Source: Octopus bimaculoides
Taxonomy: Eukaryota
Direction of reading: 5' to 3'
NCBI RefSeq assembly: GCF_001194135.2
Contig: NC_068982.1
Span: forward strand, 89,875,310 to 89,939,309
DNA: 64,000 bases
Part shown: one piece after another, positions 52,470-64,000 of the stretch
How positions within the stretch are numbered: position 1 is the first letter of the stretch
Layout of the letters: the number at the start of each line of letters is the position of its first letter
Notes under the pieces: generated by a model
Told to the model about the DNA's origin: nothing
The model's database searches: none
The model's input: the letters and a program-made list of their open reading frames with translations, nothing else
Position numbers and translations under genes: made by a program

Positions 52470-52790
52470 TCCAGCAGGAAAACATAAAAAAACTGGCACT
52501 CCGTCGTTACGGCGACTAGAGTTCCAGTTGGTCCGATCAACGGAACAACCTGCTCGTGAAATTAACGCGCAAGTGGCTGAGCACTCCAGAGACACGTGTA
52601 TCAAAGTAATTCTCAGAATGTAACAAGACTGGCCCTTTTTAATCCAAGTATTACTCATTCTTGCCAGCTGAGTGGACTGGAGTAGCGTGAAGTATCTTCG
52701 TCAAGGATACAAGGCACTGGCGAGAATCGAACTCTTGACCTTACGTTCGTGAGCCGAATATCACTAACCACTAAGTCACGTTCCTTCACT
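52470..52790 (-). mobile_element. tRNA-derived SINE, family C
   Basis: Reverse-complement head gtgacttagtggttagtg.tattcggctcacga..aaggtc.agagttcgattc; body gccagctgagtggactggag. Confidence 0.75.
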
Positions 52791-52969
52791 GTAAAACATA
52801 GCACACAGTCAGTCCATTAAAACGGTGCAGATTTAGTGCAGCAAAACATAGTGCACAATTAGTCAGCTAGTCTTGTAGGTATAACATATGCAATTAAACA
52901 TGTTCACACTTCTTCAGTTCTGCAATAATATATTGATTCACTGTGCTGCTTGGACATGCGCCTTCACAG

Positions 52970-53062
52970 GTGCATGGCACGGTGGTTAGAGCGTCAGTCT
53001 CACAATTATGAGGTAGTGAGTTCGATTCCCAGACCAGGCTGTGTGTTGTATTCTTGAGCAAG
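52970..53062 (+). mobile_element. tRNA-derived SINE family D, 5' half, split by the LTR element
   Basis: tggcacggtggttagagcgtc..gagttcgattccc (A and B boxes)..ttcttgagcaag; continues at 55799. Confidence 0.85.
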
Positions 53063-53690
53063 TGTTATGTATACCTATAAGATAATGAAGAGTGAGAACT
53101 TACCCTATATTCTCCGAAGGTGGCGAGATAAACGTTTGTCAACGACCGTTTGGCAAAAGTGAAATACCGTCGGTATGAATAATCAAATCTATATACAGGA
53201 AGTTAGCATAGTACGAGACAGGTAACCTCGTTTACTTCCTGTTAACGAGCAAGGCAGGTAATCTCGTACTTCCTGTTAAAAAGCGGAGTGGGGAAGACAA
53301 CTGCAGCTTGGTGCGAATAGAACCAGAACGAGAGACGGAGCTGCATACGGGTCGGACCGTTCACTACCTACCTTGAAACCATTGAGACTGGACATAATCT
53401 CCATATATGAACATTTACTTTCCCTGTTTGAACACGTTGTTGCGATCAGAAGTTTATCTCCTTTTCTTATATTATTAATTTGTCTGATCGTAACAAATTG
53501 GGGGGCTCGTCCGGGATCTGAACTCTCGCAAACACATTATAAAACAACTTTACAATTCACCTATGAACTGATCGATTTGAGTTTAAAAAAAAAAAGCTAT
53601 ACAAAAATATCCACTGCTAAAATACACATATTAACCTGCATAATTTTGTATCAACATTCGAAATTCTTCTTGTGAAATCAGTATTTAATC

Positions 53691-54654
53691 ATGAAATTTA
53701 AAGTGGAAGAATTTATTGAATTTCCCAGTGTGGAGCAATTGAGGATTTAAAAAAAATCAGAATTGTTGTTATTGGCCAAGCATTACGATCTGGAGGAGGC
53801 TAAGTCTACCATGAAAAAGAAAGAGCTTTTCAAAGTGGTTTTGGAATATTTAGTTGATGAAGAGATTTTCGAAGATTCGGCTTTGTCATTGTTGGAACCA
53901 GAGAAAACAGATGCGTTTGAGTTGAGGAAATTAGAATTAGAATTTCAAAAAGCAATAAGGGAAATGGAAATTCAAAAAGAATTAAAATTGAAAGAAATGG
54001 AATTACAGAGTAGAAAGTTGGACACTACTCGTGGTCAGACAGATTTCGATGTAGCGAAAAATATTAGACTTGTGCCTCCATTTAGAGAAAAAAGATTTTG
54101 ATAAATTTTTTCTTCATTTTGAAAAGGTAGCAATAAATTTGAGATGGCCTGTAGAGCATTGGACAATGTTAATACAAAGTGTTTTAAAAGGCAGGGCTCA
54201 GGAAGTCTATTCGGCTTTATCGAGCAAAGCAAGTTTGAGTTACGAGGTGGCCAAACAGGCTATTCTACAAGCTTATGAACTGGTCCCTGAGGCATATAGA
54301 CAAAAATTCAGGCAGTCCAAGAAAAGAAGTGAGGATATCTATGTAGAATTTGCTAGAGAGAAGGAAAATTTGTTTGATAGGTGGTGTGTGTCAAAAGAAG
54401 TTGGGGAAGATTTTCACAAATTGAGGCAGCTTATATTACTAGAAGAGTTCAAACAGTGTGTTCATATTGATATTAAGACTTATTTGGAAGAGCAGAGAGT
54501 AGAACAGTTACAAGAAGCAGCTAGTTTAGCAGAGGATTACTCTGTTACTCATAAGCATGAGTTCAAGCTGTATGGTTATTGTCATCTGGATAATTTCGAG
54601 GTAGGTCGGACAAGTAGAAATAATTTATTCAGCTCGGTCAGGTTCGAATCCTAA
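53691..54654 (+). pseudogene. gag: Frameshifted gag with SCAN-like capsid C-terminal region
   Basis: MKFKVEEFIEFPSVEQL / LLAKHYDL..MKKKEL..YLVDE / KNIRLVPPF / FFLHFEKVA..WP..W..LIQSVLKGRAQEVY..YELVPEAYRQKFR..FDRW..LRQLILLEEFK..AASLAEDY; two frameshifts. Confidence 0.88.
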
Positions 54655-54946
54655 CAAGTCCAGTGGTTCAGAGTTAAGAAAGTCAACCAGTCCTTTTGTT
54701 TCTAAATCTGATTCAAATTTTCATTCGACATATTACAGGTAAAGACAAGGTCATTGCAGGTGCACTATCTGGAGTCAATCTCCTAAATTTGTAAATAAGA
54801 AAGTTTTCACTGCGTTCAACTTTCTTCCTTTAAGGAGGGAGACTGTTATGCATACCTATAAGATAATGACGGGTGAGAACTTACCCTATATTTTCCGAAG
54901 GTGGCGAGATAAACGTTTGTCAACGACTGTTTGGCAAAAGTGAAAT

Positions 54947-55459
54947 GAAATTTTTATTATGATCACTACGGATCTAATTTACATAGATGATACAAAGACA
55001 AATACAAACAAATGTACAAAATGTATGAGTTCTTTTAAAAAATTTTTTACGATGTTTTTATAAAATTTAAAAAACGATGACTTTGAATATCCAGACATAC
55101 ATATGCATGCATACCCACACACATCTATATAAATATATATATATATACACATACATACATACATACATACATACATACACACACACACATACCCATACAT
55201 ACACCTACACACATGTATGTCTATAAAAAGAAGGGGAGATTGGGTTTTTCAACCCGGCAGCCTATAAGGCCCAGCAGTTTGCCTTTTATTTTCACAATGA
55301 TTAGTTTGGGTGACTTACACCCACCATTTTCACTACTTCCTTCCATCTTCGTTCATATACTTTCTCAGACAGGGTTCTCTTTTCCAGCCCTATCTTGCTC
55401 TTCAGGTGATATCTGAAGTAGAACAGCAATCCAGGGCTGGATATGTAGGACCCTGTCAC
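54947..55459 (-). mobile_element. 5'-truncated non-LTR retrotransposon tail (Tx1/L1-like by inference) inserted in the 3' LTR
   Basis: 15-bp TSD TGGCAAAAGTGAAAT (54932-46 / 55460-74); minus strand encodes YFRYHLKSKIGLEKRTLSEKVYERRWKEVV..*, then a UTR with (TATG)n, ending AATAAAAATTTC. Confidence 0.75.
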
Positions 55460-55798
55460 TGGCAAAAGTGAAATAACGTCGGTATGAATAACCAAATCTA
55501 TATACAGGAAGTTAGCATAGTACGAGACAGGTAACTTCGTTCACTTCCTGCTAACGAGCAAGGCAGGTAATCTCGTACTTCCTGTTAAAAAGGGGAGTGG
55601 GGAAGACAGCTGCAGCTTGGTGCGAATAGAACCAGAATAAGAGACGGAGCTGCATACGGGTCGGACCGTTCATTACCTACCTTGAAACTGGACATAATCT
55701 CCATATATGAACATTTACTTTCCCTGTTTGAACACTTTGTTGTTGCGATCAGAAGTTTACCCCTTTTTCTTACATTATTAATTTGTCTGATCGTAAAA

Positions 55799-56020
55799 CA
55801 AGACACTTTATTTCACGTTGCTCCAGTTCACTCAGCTGTAGAAATGACTTGCAACATCACTGTACTGGCCTTTGCCTTTCCCTTGGATTACATCGGTGGC
55901 GTGGAGAAGGGAGAACTGCTGGTCTTCCATAAACAATCTTGCCCGGTCTTGTGCCTCGGAGGGGAACTTTCTAGGTGCAATCCCATGGTCATTTATGAAG
56001 GCGGTCCTTCATACAATCAG
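55799..56020 (+). mobile_element. SINE family D, 3' half
   Basis: caagacactttatttcacgttgctccagttcactcagctgtagaaatg.. continues seamlessly from ttcttgagcaag. Confidence 0.85.
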
Positions 56021-58220
56021 ATAAATTCCTTACTTTATGTATGACCCTATATATATTCGCATGAATATTTTATGTACTCTGTCAGAAAAATGGTTCCAAA
56101 TTGGCCAGTAATTCTAACAATGTTTAGTTATATATAAGTAGTTTAGTTTAGTTTCTAGCATGAAATGGAACGTGTCGTTTTCTAAAAACTGTGCACCTCC
56201 ACTTAGTCGTTCAAGAAATGTGCATCAATACTTTTTTTAAGTCTCCATTTCTTTTAAAGTTTGGTAACGGTCACATTTATCTTCAATTCTGCGCATTATA
56301 ACGAAGTTCAGGTTTGTAGAAGGAACTTTCTTCTTGTCTAATTAATAGATTGATTGCATTTTTCCAGGTATTAAACCCAGCTCCATTAAAATTTGACGAA
56401 GATTCGAAAATCATAATCGTGCATGGAAAGCAGAATAGGATTTCTATGTTCACTGAGAAATTAAAAAAGTCTCTAGGTATTGTACCGTTTTGGAGATAGT
56501 TTTTAAAATATCATGACACTGACTTTACCTGAACAGAAACCTAGTTATTTTATCGAATTGTTGTTATTTTTTAGAATCCTTTTGCATATTTGAAGGAACA
56601 GATCAGCTAGAAAGAAGGTAAGTGGGGAATCGAAAGAATATAAGGATTCTAGCATCATTTTTTAAACTTAAGTTTGATATTTACTTGCTAATAACAAACC
56701 ACCTGACAGGAATTTTTAACATAGGTCGGGGGCCACGCAGTTTTCTGCGGAGAACAGTCGATAATGTCAACTTGAAAACTCGATTTGGGTTTATTTCCTT
56801 GACTCTACATGAAAGAATGGCGATGCCGACTGTCGTGGTGAGTGTGAACTCAAAATGTGAAGAATAGTAATTAAATACGGCAACGATGTATTTATTTGTA
56901 AATGAGAATAACTAAAGACAGCAATGAGTTTTTTTCCTGACCGATTCTAACAATCGCTGGCGTTCAGGTCTTTCATAATAAAATTGATTCATGTTTAGGA
57001 ATAGTAATATTTTCCAAAACAATGGTCTATTGAGGTTGTTTCTCATAGATGGGGACTGTAAAATGCTTTCAAACTTAAATTTCTCTTATATATGGCGAAA
57101 CACTATAGCCTTTATTTTGTCTTCTCATTAATAAAAAATAGTATGTGGGCAAAAACTTCCCTGGTGTGACTTCTTTGAGAGTGGAGGAAAGTTATGAAAT
57201 AGTCTGAGGACCGATGCATTAAAAAAAGGAAATGTATTACAACTTCACGAGGATGTGACAAACTGACATAATACATGGGGTGCAAAAGTAGGTATACAGT
57301 TATGAAAACAGAAAACACGTACAATACTCATTTGTCTTTATCAAAAAAATAAAAGTTAGCTTCATTTGTGATATTTTCAGTGTCATTAATTATAATAAAA
57401 CATTTATCATAAATATAATAATACTTTTATTGTAATTTAATTTTTTTCATAAAAATAAATGAGTATTCTTTTANNNNNNNNNNNNNNNNNNNNNNNNNNN
57501 NNNNNNNNNNNNNNNNNNNNNNNNNNNNNNNNNNNNNNNNNNNNNNNNNNNNNNNNNNNNNNNNNNNNNNNNNNNNNNNNNNNNNNNNNNNNNNNNNNNN
57601 NNNNNNNNNNNNNNNNNNNNNNNNNNNNNNNNNNNNNNNNNNNNNNNNNNNNNNNNNNNNNNNNNNNNNNNNNNNNNNNNNNNNNNNNNNNNNNNNNNNN
57701 NNNNNNNNNNNNNNNNNNNNNNNNNNNNNNNNNNNNNNNNNNNNNNNNNNNNNNNNNNNNNNNNNNNNNNNNNNNNNNNNNNNNNNNNNNNNNNNNNNNN
57801 NNNNNNNNNNNNNNNNNNNNNNNNNNNNNNNNNNNNNNNNNNNNNNNNNNNNNNNNNNNNNNNNNNNNNNNNNNNNNNNNNNNNNNNNNNNNNNNNNNNN
57901 NNNNNNNNNNNNNNNNNNNNNNNNNNNNNNNNNNNNNNNNNNNNNNNNNNNNNNNNNNNNNNNNNNNNNNNNNNNNNNNNNNNNNNNNNNNNNNNNNNNN
58001 NNNNNNNNNNNNNNNNNNNNNNNNNNNNNNNNNNNNNNNNNNNNNNNNNNNNNNNNNNNNNNNNNNNNNNNNNNNNNNNNNNNNNNNNNNNNNNNNNNNN
58101 NNNNNNNNNNNNNNNNNNNNNNNNNNNNNNNNNNNNNNNNNNNNNNNNNNNNNNNNNNNNNNNNNNNNNNNNNNNNNNNNNNNNNNNNNNNNNNNNNNNN
58201 NNNNNNNNNNNNNNNNNNNN

Positions 58221-58605
58221 AGTCGATTATATCGACCACCAGTAATTGAGTGGTATTTATTTTCCCATTACCGAAGGGATGAAAAGCAAAAGCTACCTCA
58301 GCGGAATTTGAACTCAGAACGTAAAGACGGAAGAAATAGCGCTAAGCATTGTCCGGCGTGCAATTCTGCCAGCTCACCACCCATGATGGGGCTGGGTAGA
58401 TGTAATAATCCTTTCTACTATAGGCAAAAGTCCTGAAATTGTTGGGGAAGGGAGGTAGCCGATTACATCGACGCCAATGTTTCATTGGTACTTAAGTTAT
58501 CGACCCCAAAGAATGGAAGGCAAAATCGACCTCGGCGGAATTTGAACATAGCGACACTAAGCGTTTCCTCCAGCGTGCTAGCGATTCTGCCAGTTCGCCT
58601 GCCTT
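58221..58605 (-). mobile_element. Two tandem diverged family B SINEs (~58221-58378 and ~58400-58605)
   Basis: Each contains gaa.g.aaa..gacctc.gcggaatttgaac and ttctgccag.tc.cc. Confidence 0.8.
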
Positions 58606-58654
58606 GCAAGTGTATGTGATAATAAAAAGATTTTAATATACACTTATAGCCCTT

Positions 58655-58667
58655 GCTGCTGCTGCTG

Positions 58668-58722
<55 letters not shown>

Positions 58723-58735
58723 ACACACACACACA
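58655..58735. repeat. (GCT)n(ACT)n(CA)n compound microsatellite
   Basis: Seen directly. Confidence 0.95.
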
Positions 58736-58739
58736 CCAA

Positions 58740-58970
58740 GGCGGCGAGCTGGCAGAAACGTTAGCACGCCGGGCGAAATGCTTAGCGGTATTTCGTCTGC
58801 CGCTACATTCTGAGTTCAAATTCCGCCGAGGTCGACTTTGCCTTTCATCCTTTCGGGGTCGATTAAATAAGTACCAGTTACGCACTGGGGTCGATATAAT
58901 TGACTTAATCTGTTTGTCTGTCTTTGTTTGTCCCCTCTGTGTGTAGCCCCTTGTGGGTAGTAAAGAAATA
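58740..58970 (+). mobile_element. SINE family B, full length and consensus-like
   Basis: ggcggcgagctggcagaaacgttagcacgccgggcgaaatgcttagcgg..gccccttgtgggtagtaaagaaata. Confidence 0.92.
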
Positions 58971-61900
58971 ACACGCATGCATGCACGCTGATAATTTGTG
59001 TGCACTTATTGTGCACACAATTACACTTTAAATATGGTAAATGCCGTTATTTGATTGAACTTACTAAAATTAGCATACTTACACGTATGAATGGTTAGCC
59101 CTATAGAATTCATGAGACTCACTAATTAATAAGAGGAAGTCTTAAATAAACATGCTGTGTTAATATAAATATATATTATACTGTTGCAAAATTAACATCA
59201 ATGGGTTACCAATTTGAGAGTTAATGAAAATTTGTCATTTATTCAGACAGTTATTCTCTCATCGAAACGATGTGGTAAAGCGGAAAAATAAGGAGCCTGA
59301 AATAGGTCTCTTCATTACTATGTAACTTGTGTGACATATGATAGATAAATTCTACAGCGGGAAACATTATGCACTTCGGAATACTTAGATACATATATGT
59401 ATGTCTGTGCAATATATTTTACAAATAGGAAAATAGTACTAAATGTACGCTGTAGAGTTTGTTCATTATATTTATTTGAACCGCAACTCAAATTTCACAA
59501 TTGACAATCTTTTACACTCACACACAGATTGATCAATAAATATATTCATATTACAATAGTTAACATTAACAATAGTTAAAACTTATTACATTTCCATTAC
59601 GTTAACTCCCTTACCGATTTGTCAATGCTCAACTGCTATATACCATATATATACATACCACCAAGGTATATATATATAACTATATATATATACCAACAAA
59701 GTATATATATATATATTTATATANNNNNNNNNNNNNNNNNNNNNNNNNNNNNNNNNNNNNNNNNNNNNNNNNNNNNNNNNNNNNNNNNNNNNNNNNNNNN
59801 NNNNNNNNNNNNNNNNNNNNNNNNNNNNNNNNNNNNNNNNNNNNNNNNNNNNNNNNNNNNNNNNNNNNNNNNNNNNNNNNNNNNNNNNNNNNNNNNNNNN
59901 NNNNNNNNNNNNNNNNNNNNNNNNNNNNNNNNNNNNNNNNNNNNNNNNNNNNNNNNNNNNNNNNNNNNNNNNNNNNNNNNNNNNNNNNNNNNNNNNNNNN
60001 NNNNNNNNNNNNNNNNNNNNNNNNNNNNNNNNNNNNNNNNNNNNNNNNNNNNNNNNNNNNNNNNNNNNNNNNNNNNNNNNNNNNNNNNNNNNNNNNNNNN
60101 NNNNNNNNNNNNNNNNNNNNNNNNNNNNNNNNNNNNNNNNNNNNNNNNNNNNNNNNNNNNNNNNNNNNNNNNNNNNNTATATATATATATATATATATAT
60201 ATATCATCATATCAGTATATCACTACTCTTCGCTGGTTAAGTTGACACAATGTCATCTTTCTATTTGGAATTCATAGATGAATTCGATATGTCGTTGAGG
60301 AAATATATTATCATAATTCATTTGTTGAAAGAGGACTGACTCAAGAATAGATTGAAAAACATGCGCTGAGCACTGAACGTTTGCAGATGAGGAATTGCTG
60401 GTTATTTACTAAGACTTTTGAGGGCGAGACATTATAAAAAGTGGGAACAGAACCATCGAGAACAACACAAAAGTTTCTGAGAAAGCATGTACATAGCTTT
60501 AATTTAAAAAGAGGTGATCAGTTGGGTTTGTAGAATGACGCTTGGTCATAATCCCGCCCTCTGTCGTCCTAAGTCGAGTCGCCCAGATGAGGGCATAGAT
60601 TTTAGGATCCAAAATACCTAGTAATACTGACGGTGATTTCAGTTACATCGAGCTATTATACGTTAGCGAAGAAAATGAGCGTTCTGAAACAATACATCGG
60701 GAATCGAAGCAAGGCAGCTTGTAAATATGATGCATGACACATACATTCGGCTTGATGTTGGAATTTACAATCAGGAAGTCAATCGGGTACAATTACTCTC
60801 TTATCATTGGTTAAATCTACATAACAGAAATTATATTAGTGCTGACAAAATATTTCAGAATATTTCAGATAATATGTTTAAACAGTTGGTTTTATTCAAT
60901 AATTCATGATATTTTTCAGTAACCATTCGTGGAAGGCCTGCTGTAATCTACAGTTGTCATTTTAATGCGAAAATTATCGATATGACTGTATTTCATCTGC
61001 TATATATAACTAGATAATACTTAGAATTTCTTTTATCGTCATTCGAGAATGAATGTGTCATTCAACTAACGATTGTTGAAGGAACTTTCTGCTATTTCGA
61101 GAAAATAGCTTTCTGTCATTTCGTTGTAAAGCTTGTTGTGTAAACGATTGTGAGGAAACACTAACTTAGTAGATTTTAGTATTAAGTTGGCACCAATGCA
61201 GAATACTTTTATGTCAACATTTATACAGAGCGGTTCTGTCCTTCTTTTATGAAATTTACTACTTACAATATTACTAATTTTAGTTTTACATCAATAACTT
61301 ACCTTAATAGTTTCCTATTGAATAACTTATCATAACTAAGCTCTACAACGAAATATATAATAAGTATTAAGTATAGCTTTAGTAATACAAGTGTTTTCAT
61401 TTAACGGGAAAGAATAGTTAAACGAAATCATATTCAGATTCTGTTCTTTTTTTTTTATTATAGTTGTCCAGATATAAAGCGAATTATATCTGTGAATCCA
61501 ATTTTTCCAACGTAAAAGTATAAAAAGAAATCTCATTAGAGGTTGCATAAACCGAAACTTCTTTTGCGTATATTATTACAAGCTTTTTTAAAAATACGAT
61601 ATGAGGCAGGTTATATATTTCTTATTAATATACAAATTTCCCTTCACTTTTCTTTATAAAGTTACACCTAAGAATCTAATCGTGCAAATATCAATGGGTA
61701 TTCCAAGTCTTAAGTCTTTCAACGTACAGTGTTATGCATGATCATCTCAGTGAGGGTCATTACAATAGTGTTAGTCCAATATCCCTTTTATTGATCTGTA
61801 TCTAGTGTTTTCAACTTGTAATTAACTGTATTTGTTATGTAAAGGCGAACAAGCATTCAGCACAGTATTTCTCTTCAGCACCATAGTAACGCATATTCTG

Positions 61901-62874
61901 ATGTCAATATCCTTCCGTAAGACGAAGCTTTATCGAAAAAGTAACGATTATCTTGAATACATAACGATCACAATATTGCTATTTACAGTGCCATGACTTT
62001 TTTTTTACTGATTTCCAACGCACTTGTTAGCAGCGATTTAAAAATAGAAGAATAGAGCAAACTAATGTTAATTATGTAAATCTATATCTACTTTTGTTCC
62101 TAATACTATTTAAATAATTAACAAAACGATTAATATAATTCCACTGACAAATAATGGTGGGATTCACAACATTGTAATTGATATAATTTTAGAATCTACT
62201 TCCTGACCACTCCAAGTTCACGCCAGGCAGAGTTCATTAGCCTAAACGTAGGGTTCTTTTTGCCTCATAAATTCNNNNNNNNNNNNNNNNNNNNNNNNNN
62301 NNNNNNNNNNNNNNNNNNNNNNNNNNNNNNNNNNNNNNNNNNNNNNNNNNNNNNNNNNNNNNNNNNNNNNNNNNNNNNNNNNNNNNNNNNNNNNNNNNNN
62401 NNNNNNNNNNNNNNNNNNNNNNNNNNNNNNNNNNNNNNNNNNNNNNNNNNNNNNNNNNNNNNNNNNNNNNNNNNNNNNNNNNNNNNNNNNNNNNNNNNNN
62501 NNNNNNNNNNNNNNNNNNNNNNNNNNNNNNNNNNNNNNNNNNNNNNNNNNNNNNNNNNNNNNNNNNNNNNNNNNNNNNNNNNNNNNNNNNNNNNNNNNNN
62601 NNNNNNNNNNNNNNNNNNNNNNNNNNNNNNNNNNNNNNNNNNNNNNNNNNNNNNNNNNNNNNNNNNNNNNNNNNNNNNNNNNNNNNNNNNNNNNNNNNNN
62701 NNNNNNNNNNNNNNNNNNNNNNNNNNNNNNNNNNNNNNNNNNNNNNNNNNNNNNNNNNNNNNNNNNNNNNNNNNNNNNNNNNNNNNNNNNNNNNNNNNNN
62801 NNNNNNNNNNNNNNNNNNNNNNNNNNNNNNNNNNNNNNNNNNNNNNNNNNNNNNNNNNNNNNNNNNNNNNNNNN

Positions 62875-62906
<32 letters not shown>

Positions 62907-62937
62907 ACATGATAAAATACAATACAATATTATATAT

Positions 62938-63620
62938 ATTCTTGTTTCACTTATTTGACTGCTGCCATGCTGGAGCACCGCCTTTAGTCGGATAAATCGA
63001 CACCAATACTTATTCTTTGTAAGCCTAGTACTTATTCTATCGATCTGTTTTGCCGAAAAGCTAAGTTATGGGGATGTAGACATATCAGCATCAGTTGTCA
63101 AGCGATGGTGGCGGCGACAAATACAGATACACAAACATATTCATATGTAGTAGAAGATAACAATTTCGGTTGTCAGTAATTTACATCCAAATAAACGAAA
63201 TCATGCTTTCAGTGATTTATAAGACATGATTGGACGGGATACGTTGTTCCATTCATGTACTTTTACGATCACTAAACTAAGTTCTACAATAAAATGCATA
63301 ATAAGTATTAAGCATAGTTTTGGTTATACTAGTGTCATCATTATATGTACTTATGTCATCATTACATATACATTTTATTATTTGAATTATTTTAATATAT
63401 ACATGTGTTTATTGATCCTAAAAGTACATGAATGGAACAACGCATCCCGTCCAATCATGTCTTATAAATCACAGGAAGTATGATAGCGTTTATTCGGATG
63501 TAAATTACTGACAACGGAAATTTTTATATTCTACTAAAAATTGTATTACTCCTTAGCTCATAAACAAGTACAAAAAGAAAGGCATGTACTATACATGGAG
63601 TAACATGTCCACTGGAATTT

Positions 63621-63653
<33 letters not shown>

Positions 63654-63710
63654 GACGGGCTTCGTTCAGTTTCTGTCAATCAAATCCATTCATAGGGCTT
63701 TGGTCATGTT
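62938..63710 (-). mobile_element. SINE family A interrupted by the 63148-63536 element
   Basis: Tail and body at 62938-63135; resumes with tatacgacgggcttc.ttcagtttc.gtc at ~63650. Confidence 0.8.
63148..63536. mobile_element. 389-bp MITE-like element with ~130-bp terminal inverted repeats
   Basis: Left arm tagtagaa..ttgtcagtaatttacatcc..gtgatttataagacatgattggacgggat..gttgttccattcatgtactttta mirrors the right arm at roughly 90% identity. Confidence 0.88.
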
Positions 63711-63743
63711 GGACCACTGAATTCAACACGTTTTTTCATTCTC

Positions 63744-63860
63744 TATTTATTTCCTCATATTCCTTTCGTCTTGAAGCGTAAAAGACTTTTCCATTCTTTC
63801 CCGAGCAACTTGCATGTTACTCCAACACTTGTCTTCGTTTTGTTCTATTAATTTGAACTA
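63744..63860 (+). mobile_element. Penelope-like tail relic with the stem-II region apparently deleted
   Basis: ttcctttcgtcttgaa-gcgtaaaagactttt..cccgagc..cttgtcttcgt is related to 10505-10620. Confidence 0.5.
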
Positions 63861-64000
63861 TATACATACATACATACATACACACATACACACACACACA
63901 CACAGACATATATATATATATGTGTGTGTATATATATACAGATGTATATGTATATACACATATATATATGTATATATGTATGTATGTATATATATATATA

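Larger units (their letters stand above)
53063..55798 (+). mobile_element. Gypsy/Gmr1-like LTR retrotransposon, internally deleted (gag only)
   Basis: 5' LTR 53063-53495 (TG..CA); PBS TGGGGGGCTCGTCCGGGAT 53499-53517, complementary to the tRNA-Pro 3' end with one extra G; purine tract 54831-54843; 3' LTR 54844-54946 plus 55460-55798; 4-bp TSD CAAG (53059-62 / 55799-802); no pol motifs in the 1.35-kb interior. Confidence 0.92.
1391..62874. other. 13 assembly gaps: 1391-1675, 2895-3098, 14481-14703, 16496-16595, 17846-18663, 20357-20930, 29034-29222, 32240-32445, 43070-43525, 44706-44878, 57474-58220, 59724-60177, 62275-62874
   Basis: N runs seen directly; most abut (TA)n, (CA)n or (GA)n tracts. 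Confidence 0.99.

Noticed and set aside
52976-53040. tRNA-like sequence with A and B boxes
   Set aside because: No acceptor stem or cloverleaf; it is a SINE head. No genuine tRNA, rRNA or CRISPR array was seen in the window.
1320-62978. Long ORFs full of X or YI/TH/RE/CV repeats in the supplied track
   Set aside because: They span N gaps or dinucleotide microsatellites and are not coding.

Overview
AT-rich, repeat-dense eukaryotic scaffold with 13 N-gaps, most flanked by microsatellites. The SINE families and microsatellite load suggest an octopus (coleoid cephalopod) genome; this is inferred from recalled repeat families, not from a database search. Only one host coding exon is well supported: a 474-nt phase 0/0 minus-strand exon at 24898-25371 encoding a FERM central-lobe (F2)-like segment with a long low-complexity insertion. 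Several smaller splice-site-bounded candidate exons may belong to the same gene. The rest is mostly transposon debris: tRNA-derived SINEs, R4-, HERO-, CR1-, RTE-, Tx1- and Penelope-like retroelement fragments, Tc1/mariner relics and several MITEs. It also holds a two-LTR, gag-only Gmr1-like (SCAN-type gag) LTR element that sits inside a SINE and is itself interrupted by a LINE tail. I found no convincing new multi-gene system. The best leads are a minimal hammerhead-ribozyme motif in a Penelope-like tail (14759-14794), the nested SINE>LTR>LINE stack, a 126-bp ~98% identical inverted repeat between otherwise diverged SINEs, TTAA-flanked fold-back MITEs, and a partial duplicate of the FERM exon just upstream of it. 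Nearly all ORFs in the supplied track are artefacts of gaps, microsatellites or decayed transposons.
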